A stretch of DNA of 64,000 nucleotides, taken from the NCBI GenBank assembly GCA_951406725.2, contig OX597818.1:109616001-109680000 (forward strand). The letters run 5' to 3'. The position numbers and the translations under genes are program-made. This document shows, in pieces, positions 38,227 to 47,318 of this stretch. How positions within the stretch are numbered: the first letter of the stretch is position 1; each line of letters opens with the position of its first letter. The DNA is from Octopus vulgaris (taxonomy: Eukaryota). Under the pieces are notes generated by a model that was not told the DNA's origin, ran no database searches, and saw nothing but the letters and a program-made list of their open reading frames with translations.

Positions 38227-40594
38227 CATATATACGACGGGCTTCTTTCAGTTTCTGTCTACCAAATCCACTCACAAGGCTTTGGTTGGCCCGAGGTTAT
38301 AGTAGAAGACACTTGCCCAAGGTGCCACGCAATAGGACTGAACCCGGAACCAGGTGGTTGGTAAGCAAGCTACTTACCACACAGCCACTCCTATGTCTAA
38401 TTAAAATATTTAAAAAAATCACATTTTGTGGGATGAAACTAGATGTTTTTAGTGAAACTGAAATATTATTTCTTCACCAGCCGCTTTCATCCTTCCAGGA
38501 CCCATGGTGTGCAGTTGTCCAACACAAACAACTTCAAAAACTTGCTCTGAAAGTTTGTCACAAAGTAGCGAAGATATGTTTACTCGAAGTAAGTAAGCTT
38601 TTACGCAATTGCACTTTATTTTTCATTGATGACTTGACAACACGCACATATGCATACATTAAGATAGACACATAAGCAAGTGAAATTAAAATCAAAATCG
38701 CTGACGTGGCCGATGACAGTACTGCCTGATTGGCACCCGTGCCAGTGGAACGTTAAAAGCATATCTGAGCGGGATCATTGCCAGGGCCACGGATTGGTGC
38801 CGGTGCAGGTGGCACATAAAAAGCACCATCCGAGTGTGATCATTGCCAGCGTTGCCTTACTGGCACCTGTACCAGTGGCACATGAAAAACAACATTCAAG
38901 CGTGGTCATTGCCAGTACTGCCTGACTGGCTCTCATGCAGGTGGCGTGTAAAAAAACACCTTCTGAGCGTGGTCGTTGCCATAACCGCCTGACTGGCCCT
39001 CGTGCCCTTGGCATGTAAAAGCACCCACTACACTTTCGGAGTGGTTGGCATTAGGAAGGGCATCCAGCTATAGAGGAAGAACGGGATTGCTTCATGAAAA
39101 AGTGTTGCAAATGTTGTCTTTACCTGCAGCCAACCGTGAAGGCCTTCTCTATCCAACTTTGTCATTAAGATTGCATTCTCCTTAAGATCAAGAAGAACGG
39201 CTGCAAGTTTGGGATTAAGATCCTGGTCGCTAATAACATCATAATGATGAAGGTGAAAAAGCCACTTCAGTGGCTTCAAGTTGAGTATATCTTGGAAGCA
39301 TCTTCTCATGTCCATTTGCAAGTTCTTCAAATGGCTGACACAGCTGATAATTACAGCTTCTGATGGTTCTGTTTTAACGAGATGACTGATAAAGGCAAAT
39401 TTACTCCTTTGAAGCTGAATTATCTGTAAATCAAGCTTGTTTATGAACGACCACATCTTCTTGGTACAGTCCACTATTGTTGCCCCACGGCCTTCAATCA
39501 ACTTATCTAAGGTGTTCTGAACTTTAGAAGACACAGATTTTTTTGTCATCATGAATAAAGTGTGTCTATTTCCCAATCGTGATGGTCCAGTCACAGATTG
39601 CTATATCCCAGTTAGATTGTCATAGATCCCAGTAGTCTGTCTCTCCTGGGATGTAATTGGCACTGTTAGTTTTCATCCAAAGCCAACACAGAAAACACTT
39701 GGTGCAGTTAATAAAACTTCTGTCAATTGTTCATGAATTCTTTTAATTATTTTTACCTGCAGCCTTAGAAAGGCATTTTCATTTTTCACCAACATCAAGC
39801 ACCCAACAACATCTCTCAACAGTCCAAATTATTTTACATCTCCATCTCTGGTTTGAAATATAAGCCATTAGATTCAGTGAAGAGATCTTGTTCAGTGGAT
39901 TAATGACAACTTCATCCTTGTGTCATTGATGAAATATAAAGATTTTTCAGCCGAACTTCAACATTATTTCCACCTCAGCACCATTTCCTTTGAATCTTTA
40001 AAAGTCACTTGTACCATAAACCAAGTCATTTGTTTGATATTTCATGATGAGGGATCGATCCAAAGATGTTTGACCACCTTTGTAGTGTAAGGGAGTTTTG
40101 AATAAATCCTTCTCTTCTTTGATTTGAAATAATGTTTAATAGAACGGGGCCAGTTGAAGGAGAGTAATTGTGTTGCTGTGTATTTTTGTGTTGTGACCCT
40201 GAATTGTGTAGGGGCTGTATGGCACAAGGTCCCAACCTTTGATGAATTCTGAATTTGGTATTAAGCTCGTTTGGGCAATGTCTGCATACCAGGACTGACC
40301 TGAACTTAAACAACTTCCTAATCATGTTTAAATGCTCAAAAATTTACATCTTTTGTACCCAGTTTTCCTTTAGAAACATTTTAGTTTTGCAAAAGTTTAA
40401 AAAACGCATTTTGTGTATTTTAATATATTTACAAAATATTTATTTTTACAGGTACACTTGCTGGAAGTATATTTGGCGGTTTCTTTCTTGGTATAGCTGC
40501 AGCCTTGATATTAAACGCTGTAAGGCAGCGGTTTATAAATAGATTCAAAGGATCTCATTACCACAGCACCGATAACCCTTACGCTCAATTCTAG
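11773..40594 (+). CDS. 15-coding-exon gene (781 aa) for a single-pass type I membrane glycoprotein: signal peptide, two ependymin/LolA-like beta repeats, C-terminal globular domain, mucin stalk, TM helix, tail with YxxF
   Basis: join(11773-11869,13182-13382,14596-14714,17233-17338,18588-18718,19430-19549,20654-20750,23493-23653,25034-25129,26951-27019,28452-28581,31661-31779,33325-33504,34459-35035,40452-40594) = 2346 nt, no internal stop. All introns are GT..AG with matching phases. Fold assignment is inferred from motifs (PxGxFC..LPx[42 protein letters not shown]). Confidence 0.85.
12850..13109 (+). mobile_element. PLE pLTR-type repeat (B box, (AAT)n, hammerhead) with a short 5' inversion
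   Basis: gttcgattcc B box, (AAT)n, hammerhead at 13014-13059; 12850-12878 is an inverted copy of an internal segment. Confidence 0.8.
13014..13059 (+). ncRNA. minimal type-I hammerhead motif (triplet GUU, probably decayed from GUC)
   Basis: GACAU-CUGAUGA-A-GGCUG(loop)CAGCC-GAAAC-GUU-GUGUU. Confidence 0.7.
13182..13382 (+). CDS. coding exon 2 ([17 protein letters not shown]...[14 protein letters not shown])
   Basis: tttctgtcag acceptor, CAG|gtaagc donor, phase 1-1. Confidence 0.9.
13607..14080 (-). mobile_element. SINE family C with internal ~55 bp tandem units and (GAT)n tail
   Basis: Shares catcatcgtttaac.tc.gttttccatgct and ctggatgcccttcctaa with the other copies. Confidence 0.85.
14596..14714 (+). 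CDS. coding exon 3 ([21 protein letters not shown]...RLGTW)
   Basis: ttttaatatag acceptor, TGG|gtaaga donor, phase 1-0. Confidence 0.85.
15200..15625. mobile_element. interspersed repeat with internal inverted repeat (MITE-like); second copy at 51125-51400
   Basis: gtgtctggggaga.tcattctctttt pairs with aaagagaatgactctccccagacac. Confidence 0.65.
15720..16110 (+). mobile_element. RTE LINE internal fragment
   Basis: [19 protein letters not shown]...RLLNVENEW. Confidence 0.7.
16245..16455 (+). mobile_element. SINE family A
   Basis: Matches 21006-21230. Confidence 0.85.
16475..16842. mobile_element. head-to-head inverted pair of PLE pLTR repeats, each with a mutated hammerhead (16538-16583 minus, 16719-16764 plus)
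   Basis: The arms are reverse complements around an (AAT)n centre. The minus copy has GAAA changed to AAAA; the plus copy reads GAAAC-AUU. Confidence 0.85.
17233..17338 (+). CDS. coding exon 4 ([19 protein letters not shown]...HAYIA)
   Basis: tttttcag acceptor, CCG|gtaagt donor, phase 0-1. Confidence 0.9.
17465..17760 (-). mobile_element. Helitron/HINE-like non-autonomous element
   Basis: Minus-strand start atctgtatatacaaaactgagaatgtgtg..gtctgtatg is typical of such 5' ends. Confidence 0.5.
18074..18420 (-). mobile_element. mariner transposase C-terminal fragment with one TIR
   Basis: [21 protein letters not shown] (YSPDLAPxD motif); TA-started TIR tattgggttgtccggaaag. Confidence 0.9.
18588..18718 (+). 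CDS. coding exon 5 ([12 protein letters not shown]...[15 protein letters not shown])
   Basis: ttttgaag acceptor, CAG|gtgaga donor, phase 1-0. Confidence 0.85.
18834..19140 (-). mobile_element. SINE family C
   Basis: Same family as 13607. Confidence 0.85.
19430..19549 (+). CDS. coding exon 6 ([40 protein letters not shown])
   Basis: gattttag acceptor, AAG|gtgaga donor, phase 0-0. An in-frame alternative donor 27 nt downstream is possible. Confidence 0.85.
19615..19830. mobile_element. rearranged PLE pLTR repeat: inverted tail, partial hammerhead, then a full tRNA-like head
   Basis: gggcatatggcgtagtggttaagagc...gttcaattccaggcagtgacc at 19715-19787. Confidence 0.75.
19835..20190 (-). mobile_element. 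SINE family C
   Basis: Same family as 13607. Confidence 0.85.
20654..20750 (+). CDS. coding exon 7 ([14 protein letters not shown]...IIIYDYYT)
   Basis: cttctacag acceptor, CGG|gtaaga donor, phase 0-1. Confidence 0.9.
20881..21630. mobile_element. foldback/MITE with ~210 bp degenerate inverted arms, interrupted by a SINE
   Basis: ttccctgtgttttgtcatggagaaaattt pairs with aaattttctccatgacaaaacacagggaa. Confidence 0.85.
21006..21230 (+). mobile_element. SINE family A with 8 bp TSD tatatcct
   Basis: tatatcct at 20998-21005 and 21231-21238. Confidence 0.9.
21893..21936 (-). ncRNA. hammerhead-like motif (core CCGAUGA, triplet GUC)
   Basis: CAGUA-CCGAUGA-AG-GGUU-AU-AACC-A-GAAAC-CAGUUA-GUC-UAUUG. 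Confidence 0.55.
22257..22351 (+). ncRNA. type-I hammerhead motif with long stem II (triplet GUA)
   Basis: UUGCAG-CUGAAGA-GAGCUUUAAAC...GUUUAUAAAGCUU-GAAAC-AUGU-GUA-CCGCGA; one stem I mismatch. Confidence 0.7.
22480..22872. mobile_element. PLE-type inverted terminal repeat insertion within (TA)n
   Basis: Arms 22480-22563 and 22690-22773 are inverted, with the hammerhead between them and (TA)n on both sides. Confidence 0.8.
22593..22653 (-). ncRNA. intact type-I hammerhead motif (triplet AUA)
   Basis: UUGCCG-CUGAAGA-GGGG(19 nt)CCCC-GAAA-UUGG-A-CCAA-UA-UGGUAA; all core nucleotides present, palindromic stem III. Confidence 0.85.
22931..23111. repeat. ~85 bp-arm foldback palindrome
   Basis: aagaataacttcactg...ttctaatc pairs with gattagaa...cagtgaagttattctt. 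Confidence 0.8.
23493..23653 (+). CDS. coding exon 8 ([14 protein letters not shown]...TFEYIGM)
   Basis: ttcattacag acceptor, ATG|gtatgt donor, phase 1-0. Confidence 0.9.
23685..24126. mobile_element. full minus-strand tRNA-head/(AAT)n/hammerhead pLTR repeat plus an inverted partial plus-strand copy
   Basis: Minus copy 23685-23987, plus copy 23989-24126 ending just before CTGATGA. Confidence 0.88.
23773..23818 (-). ncRNA. intact minimal type-I hammerhead (triplet GUC)
   Basis: GACAC-CUGAUGA-A-GGCUG-gaggguauau-CAGCC-GAAAC-GUC-GUGUU; stem III reduced to the palindrome ACGU. Confidence 0.85.
25034..25129 (+). CDS. coding exon 9 ([32 protein letters not shown])
   Basis: tatttttag acceptor, CAG|gtaatt donor, phase 0-0. 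Confidence 0.92.
25904..26227. mobile_element. PLE-type inverted repeat element in (TA)n with an extra tail on one arm
   Basis: aaaacaattgcagcatgg pairs with ccatgctgcaattgtttt; ~125 bp arms. Confidence 0.75.
26294..26576. mobile_element. inverted-repeat element with a decayed hammerhead (26378-26422 minus)
   Basis: tcactcgtttatt pairs with aataaacgagtga; minus strand UGUCA-CUGAAGA-GGUCAC..GUGACC-AAAC lacks G12. Confidence 0.6.
26951..27019 (+). CDS. coding exon 10 ([23 protein letters not shown])
   Basis: Long polypyrimidine tract ending tttcag, ATG|gtgcgt donor, phase 0-0. Confidence 0.85.
27122..27283. repeat. ~65 bp-arm inverted repeat
   Basis: atgtttaaagttcaaat..tccacctacgacc pairs with ggtcgtaggtgga..atttgaactttaaacat. 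Confidence 0.85.
27755..27972 (-). mobile_element. PLE-derived solo repeat in (TA)n with a decayed hammerhead (27859-27891)
   Basis: UUU-CUGACAA-A-GAG..CUC-GAAAC-GUU-AAA; a related repeat lies at 25320-25505 (+). Confidence 0.6.
28452..28581 (+). CDS. coding exon 11 ([14 protein letters not shown]...[20 protein letters not shown])
   Basis: ttttcttgcag acceptor, ACG|gtaagg donor, phase 0-1. Confidence 0.92.
29648..30050 (-). mobile_element. SINE family C
   Basis: Same family as 13607. Confidence 0.85.
30262..30665 (-). mobile_element. two adjacent SINE family A copies
   Basis: Repeated ggatgaaaggcaaag and tggcgtgctaac segments. Confidence 0.8.
31661..31779 (+). CDS. coding exon 12 ([12 protein letters not shown]...[10 protein letters not shown])
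   Basis: ttcttaccag acceptor, GAG|gtaatg donor, phase 1-0. Confidence 0.9.
31882..33130. mobile_element. cluster of SINE C and SINE B copies; a plus-strand SINE B (32535-32945) is nested in the microsatellite of a minus-strand SINE B
   Basis: Minus-copy tail at 32330-32495 and minus-copy head at 32965-33130. Confidence 0.75.
33325..33504 (+). CDS. coding exon 13 ([20 protein letters not shown]...EMKINSK)
   Basis: gtttcag acceptor, AAG|gtatgt donor, phase 0-0. Confidence 0.9.
33725..34165 (-). mobile_element. SINE family C
   Basis: Same family as 13607. Confidence 0.85.
34459..35035 (+). CDS. coding exon 14, Ser/Thr/Lys/His/Pro-rich mucin-like stalk
   Basis: actttag acceptor, TTC|gtaagt donor, phase 0-1; matches ORF 34465-35043. 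Confidence 0.92.
35275..35560. mobile_element. MITE/foldback with ~125 bp inverted arms
   Basis: ataacatggcagtcctggtttagga pairs with tcctaaaccaggactgccatgttat. Confidence 0.88.
36499..36872 (+). mobile_element. full tRNA-derived SINE family D
   Basis: A and B boxes, tRNA-Arg-like arm gactcgcggtc; matches 422-797 and 54930-55095. Confidence 0.88.
37484..37521 (-). ncRNA. minimal type-I hammerhead motif (triplet GUC)
   Basis: CAGA-CUGAUGA-C-GAG-caaga-CUC-A-GAAAC-AU-GUC-UCUG; stem III palindrome ACAUGU. Confidence 0.75.
37992..38395 (-). mobile_element. SINE family B
   Basis: Matches 50680-51100. Confidence 0.9.
38685..39072 (+). mobile_element. SINE family C, plus orientation
   Basis: Tandem gtggca..taaaaagcacc units and ggcattaggaagggcatccagc. 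Confidence 0.8.
39073..39480 (-). pseudogene. hAT (Charlie/Buster, ZBED8/SCAND3-like) transposase fragment
   Basis: [18 protein letters not shown]...W...LLDLKEN...GWLQVK..F..LF..AIPF resembles the C-terminal half of these transposases. Confidence 0.6.
40452..40594 (+). CDS. terminal coding exon: TM helix ([23 protein letters not shown]) and tail [23 protein letters not shown]
   Basis: tttttacag acceptor, phase 1, hydrophobic stretch followed by basic stop-transfer residues, TAG at 40592-40594. A small missed exon between 35036 and 40451 cannot be excluded. Confidence 0.85.
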
Positions 40595-40869
40595 AATAAC
40601 TCATAACTTAAGCAAAGATGCCCTCTTTTGTTATATCTTGTATTCTTGTCTGCTTTCCACCTACATACCTACCTACATATATACACATATACACATGCAT
40701 ATGTATGTACAGAAATTAAATATATATTCTACATATATACATACTTACGCATATGTATATGTTTAAATATATTTGCAAATATATATATATAATGTGTATG
40801 CATGTATACACATACATACAAGGTATATACATATAAATAATATATAATATATATATATGTATTCAGTTT

Positions 40870-41112
40870 CTCTTTTACTCTTTTACTTGTTTCAGTCATG
40901 TGACTGTGGCCATGCTGGAGCACCACCTTTAGCCGAGCAAATTGACCCCAGGACTTATTCTTTGTAAGCCTAGTATTTATTCTATCAGTTTCTTTTGCCG
41001 AACTGCTAAGTTACAGGGACGTAAACACACCAGCATTGGTTGTCAAGCGATGTTGGGAGGACAAACACACTCACACACATGCGCACACACACACACACAC
41101 ACATGCGTGCAC

Positions 41113-41143
<31 letters not shown>

Positions 41144-41310
41144 TACGATGGGCTTCTTTCAGTTTCCATCTACCAAATCCACTCACAAGGCTTTGGTTGG
41201 ACCGAGGCTATAGTAGAAGACACTTGCCCAAGGTGCCATGCAGTGGGACTGAACCCGGAACCATGTGGTTGGTAAGCAAGCTACTTACCACACAGCCACT
41301 CCTACGCCTA
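40870..41310 (-). mobile_element. SINE family B
   Basis: Matches 50680-51100. Confidence 0.9.
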
Positions 41311-41348
41311 TATATGAATGTTTTTTTTTATACAGTGCCATGTTTACA

Positions 41349-41553
41349 ATCCTGTAAATAATAATAATGGTAGTTTTCTACAAGCTTTAAAGCTTACAGC
41401 GATCACCGTGCAATGACTAAGGAAAATAGTCTAACAAAGGGGCATATAAGCCCTCCACAGAAAAAAGAAGGCTTTTCTATCCGCATAGGAAAGCCGGTGA
41501 TTGCCATAAGCTTTAAACTTATATAAAAATACCATTATTATATTTTACAGGAT
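41349..41553. repeat. inverted repeat with ~60 bp arms, TA-flanked on the right
   Basis: atcctgtaaa..aatggta..aagctt..atcaccg pairs with cggtgat..aagctt..taccatt..tttacaggat. Confidence 0.75.
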
Positions 41554-41957
41554 ATATATGTACATATATACACATACATATATATATATATATACATCAT
41601 ACATTCATAGTCCTTTGCATGCAACCCTCTGTGTGCCTGTGTATATGAAATCATAACTAATGAATCACCATTTCTCCCATTCATGTTTCTCCTTCCATGT
41701 TTTTTCTCCTTTTTTTGTTCATTTCTTGTTCAAATTTTTCTTTAGTTACACAATCTTCAGTTTCGCTGATGCTGGCCTTCTTCGTGTCTTCCAACACTGG
41801 CTCCATGCCATTTTCTATATACCACTCTGCTTCGGTTCAGTTCTGGCAACTGATCAAATCTTTCTTCCCCTTTATTCTGGATAAGTACAGCCTATCAGTG
41901 TTACTCATTATTATGTGGAAGGCTCCGTGTACTGTCAACATTTTTCTGGTCTTGGTG

Positions 41958-41989
<32 letters not shown>

Positions 41990-42099
41990 CAGGTGGTAAG
42001 CTGGCAGAACCATTAGCATGCTGGGCAAAATGCTAAGTGGCATTTCGTTCATCTCTATGTTTCAAATTCTGCCGAGGTTGACTTTGCCTTTCATTATGT

Positions 42100-42420
42100 T
42101 GAAGCCCTCCACCCAACAAAGATTATGACCCCGGTGGGGTGGATATAATCCCAAAATACCAAGCTCTGTCTTGAGGATTGCCCTTACTCTGAACATTTTT
42201 TTCTGATCTTTCCCTCCTCATCATTACATGCTTAATCCCATCCCCTTCAAATACCACCAGGTATTTGTAACCCCACTCGCCCCTGGTTCCAACTCCTTTA
42301 TAATATTCTCTTGGTCAAGTTTCACATGGATCGTTTCTGTCACTTGCCCTGTGATAAATGTAGCTTTTGTGCATTTGTCTTGGCCAAATTCCATCTTGAT
42401 GTCATCACTAAATTGCACTT
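42100..42420 (-). mobile_element. R4/Dong-like RT fragment
   Basis: FSDDIKMEFGQDKC motif; a similar piece lies at 63300-63500 (+). Confidence 0.6.
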
Positions 42421-44054
42421 GCTGTTGTGATCATCATCGTCATCATTATCATCCTCATCATCATCATAATTACCATCATCATCATCATCATCGTCATTAT
42501 TATTGCAATAAAGAAAGGTTTATGATTGTTTTTCAATTGTGTTATTTTTATTTTGTGTTTTTGCTGCACCACCAAGTGCAGAATGTGAATCACATGCACG
42601 TGGAGTCTTTTCTGGGTGTTTTTTTTTAATGTTTTGATAGAATATATTGTCAGGCTGTAAAATACTTAAACGGCAACAATGCTGATTCTGATTACATCGG
42701 TATAATAATAATAATAATAATAATAATAATTGTGTACAGTGCTCAGGTGCACTACAACTTAGAATCTTTAATGAGGTAGGCTAATTGTAATGAAATTTTT
42801 AATTAATTTATTTTTGCAAATAGGCTTCAGATAGAGTAGATATCAATTATATCAGAATTTATTGGGAAAAAAAATCCTGGGGGTGGAAGTGGGGATGGAA
42901 ACTTTCAGAAAACTGGGTCCCTTTTTTTTGTATTGAAATTTCCTACAAATACCTTTCAGAATATGTAAATTCCGATTATACCAGATTTTGATGTGAAAAT
43001 AAAAAATGGCACTCATGTATGTATGCAAACCGACACACACCACAGTTTTTGCTGAAATTTCAAGTTTCATTTTATAGATATACGTGACATGTGTCAGTAT
43101 GTATGTGTGCGAGGCCACCAGTTTTTTTTTTTCATATTAAATTCCAATATAATCGTAATTTATACTCTCTGAAAGGTATTTGTGGAAAATTTCATAAAAC
43201 TCATTGAGCTTGAGTGAAACCCGTTCAAGTTGGAGATGATAAACGCGATCTGTCTTGAGACAGAATTCCAGGAAGCCATACTCAGCATCCAATCCATCTT
43301 GGTGGTGGCTCAGCTAACACCAGGGGATGCCGTCTACAATCTTGGCTCTCCAATCCTCCCCAAAATAGCCATTTTTCGGAAAGTTTTGAGAAAACCAAAC
43401 TGATTCATGTGAATTTTCAGGAACTTCTCTGTCCACCCAAAGAAAATCATTTTAAAACAAACTGTGTTATAATCAGAATCTTCAACATCTGAAGCGTATT
43501 TGTAGAAAATTTCATTAAAACAAACATTCATTTTTCTGAAAGTTATGAGGAAACAAAGTCAGGAGTGATGGGGCTCACTTATGTAGTATGCCAGCTATTC
43601 AATTGATGTTCACAAGAAATACAGCAGAATTTTGCACACAATATCTGCACATTTAATACGATGAAATTTTATCAATATAACGAGATGACCATATACGATC
43701 CAATTTGGATATCAATCAATACTAAATCAGATCACTTCTACTGACGATAAGTCTTTAGTTAACCATGATGGTTGTTCACCCTCAGTCATTTATTTAGTAA
43801 TTGCAGTGTCTAAATAATGTGATAACGTCATCATCATCATCATCATCGTCGTCGTCGTCGTCGTCGTCGTCGTTTAAGGTCCGTTTTCCATGCTAGCTTG
43901 TTTGAACCCGCTGTCATGGGAGATAACTGTGCCTACAGCCTCATTAAAGATCACACACACTCTCTCTCACTTCTACGACAACCATTTGGTGTGGTTGTAA
44001 AAAGCAGGACCGGCACCGAAGCAACAATATCACCATCAACAATAACAAATACAG

Positions 44055-44720
44055 TTCGGTCTTCTCCATTGATAATTTTCTGGAGCTTAGAGACATCAGC
44101 GAATATTTTCACCTTGCTGCGTTTAGATAGACTATAAAGAGAAGCGGGCCCAAGACAGTCCCCTGAGGGACACCAGTGTAGTAGTTTTTCACCGATTCTA
44201 ACATTTGACAATTTTGATGAGGATATTGGGGTCGACTCGTTACTGAAGCCAAGATATATGACATCACCAGATCTAAGGATATCATCGATGTGGTGTAAGA
44301 GCTGTGTTAGACAGTCCCTGCCGCAGAGGAAGCCATGCTGGTTTGAATTTAGGAGATTGTAGTTCTTCAGGAAGCCCTGCTATCCTTGATCTCATCACCC
44401 TATCAACCACTTTAATGATATGGAAGGTGGATGAGATTGGACCTTAGTTGACTTCGAGAGCGATAGTTGTCTGTTTCGGTATATAGCCTGAGTCTAGAGA
44501 ATTTCTTCAGAGGTTAGTTAGAGGGACTGCAAGTTGGTATCTACAGTCCTTTAGGAGACTAGCGGGGTATCTATCAGGGCCTACAGCAGAATAGGGTTTC
44601 ATCTCATTTATTGCTGCTATGACGTATGGAGCAGTAAAAAAATTACATCCGAAATTAGATGTTGAGGATCGACATCGTTCACATCTCTTGCGTCAATATT
44701 AATGGAATCACTAAAGACAG
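44055..44720 (-). mobile_element. CR1/L2-like LINE RT fragments
   Basis: QHGF..GRDCLTQLL, decayed GVPQGTVLGP, KIFAD.SKL. Confidence 0.7.
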
Positions 44721-44809
44721 AGCAGTATTGTTTCTGCAGGACTTCTGCCCTTTGTTTAGCTTCTTGTTGGATATATATATACGTAAATAAATAATTAAAT
44801 AAATAAATG

Positions 44810-45427
<618 letters not shown>

Positions 45428-45526
45428 CCGGAGTAAACACATAAATGTGAAACAAGGTGGAAAAAAGAGTACTCAAATACCAGTGGTAGAGTAATATGCT
45501 TTATTTTAAGCAGCAGAAAATTCAAC

Positions 45527-45574
45527 AAAATCTGTTACTCTGAGTTTCTCGTTGCCGTTCATCAGACAGTTTTT
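45527..45574 (-). ncRNA. type-I hammerhead motif (left arm)
   Basis: Reverse complement of 47104-47151. Confidence 0.7.
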
Positions 45575-47103
45575 GCTAGAATGGAACATATATATTAATT
45601 CAATCTATACTCTTACAAACGCTACACCTTTAAAAAGAAATGGACTTGTTTGATTGGCCCTTTAGAAAAAACGGTCAATCTTCGAGCGATAAACAAAAGG
45701 TCAAAAATATATGTATATATATATATAAAAAAACTTATAAAAATTATAAAATCCGAGGAAAAAACCGAGGAAAAAACCTATTGCCGTTAATGAAGACAGT
45801 ACAAATTAATGCATAGAAATTAAACCTGTTATAAATACTGCAATACATATTTATATTAAAATCCACATATATATATCAACATACACAAAAGGATGCGCGT
45901 AAACGCCATACATACATATACAGACGTATGAATATGAATCTAAATTATACACATAAAAGCATGTGTACATATATTCACGCAAACCGTCTCGCACGCAAGC
46001 TAAAATTCATCTATGTAGCAATTCTCATATACTGAGCAAGGAGGGGGAACGAAAGAAAGGGAAAGAGAGAAAAAGGAACGAAGGAGGGGTGGGGAAAAAA
46101 CTTGTAGCGATATTATTGTCATCTATAGAGGCCAGTATACATACACAAGTTTGAATTGATACATATACATATACACAAGTTTGAATTGATACATATACAT
46201 ACCGTCGTGTGTATGCGTGCTTAAGCACAAGCATACTTGAAGATTACCTTGATTATTTATATTACCTTGATTATTTATAAATGACCCAAAATAGGATGTT
46301 ATATTTTATTTTATATGTCTTTCGTATATATTTTTATTAATGCACCCATCTTTTAAAAGCAATGTTTTTTTTAAAAAAAGCAATGTTGTCAAATTTAGAA
46401 TGTTTATATAAGTTTGTGTATAGCAAAGCATATGTATTTGTAAGCATGCGTAACTGTGTATGTGTAAGTGAAAGTATGCTTGTGCTTAAGCACGCATACA
46501 CACGACGGTATGTATATGTATCAATTCAAACTTGTGTATGTATACTGGCCTCTATAGATGACAATAATAACGCTACAAGTTTTTTCCCCACCCCTCCTTC
46601 GTTCCTTTTTCTCTCTTTCCCTTTCTTTCGTTCCCCCTCCTTGCTTAGTATATGAGAATTGCTACATAGATGAATTTTAGCTTGCGTGCGAGACGGTTTG
46701 CGTGAATATATGTACACATGCTTTTATGTGTATAATTTAGATTCATATTCATACGTCTGTATATGTATGTATGGCGTTTACGCGCATCCTTTTGTGTATG
46801 TTGATATATATATGTGGATTTTAATATAAATATGTATTGCAGTATTTATAACAGGTTTAATTTCTATGCATTAATTTGTACTGTCTTCATTAACGGCAAT
46901 AGGTTTTTTCCTCGGTTTTTTCCTCGGATTTTATAATTTTTATAAGTTTTTTTATATATATATACATATATTTTTGACCTTTTGTTTATCGCTCGAAGAT
47001 TGACCGTTTTTTCTAAAGGGCCAATCAAACAAGTCCATTTCTTTTTAAAGGTGTAGCGTTTGTAAGAGTATAGATTGAATTAATATATATGTTCCATTCT
47101 AGC

Positions 47104-47151
47104 AAAAACTGTCTGATGAACGGCAACGAGAAACTCAGAGTAACAGATTTT
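47104..47151 (+). ncRNA. type-I hammerhead motif (triplet GUA)
   Basis: CUGU-CUGAUGA-A-CG-GCAA-CG-A-GAAA-CUCAGAG-UA-ACAG. Confidence 0.7.
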
Positions 47152-47179
47152 GTTGAATTTTCTGCTGCTTAAAATAAAG

Positions 47180-47212
<33 letters not shown>

Positions 47213-47235
47213 GTATATGTATGTATATGTTTGTT

Positions 47236-47269
<34 letters not shown>

Positions 47270-47287
47270 TGTATGTATGTATGTATG

Positions 47288-47318
<31 letters not shown>

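Larger units (their letters stand above)
45427..47179. mobile_element. young PLE-type insertion with near-identical inverted arms (45499-46238 and 46472-47179) in (TA)n
   Basis: The arms match except for a few substitutions and a 30 bp tandem duplication (46141-46200). Each arm carries a hammerhead; ORFs 45963 and 46526 are mirror images. Confidence 0.9.
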
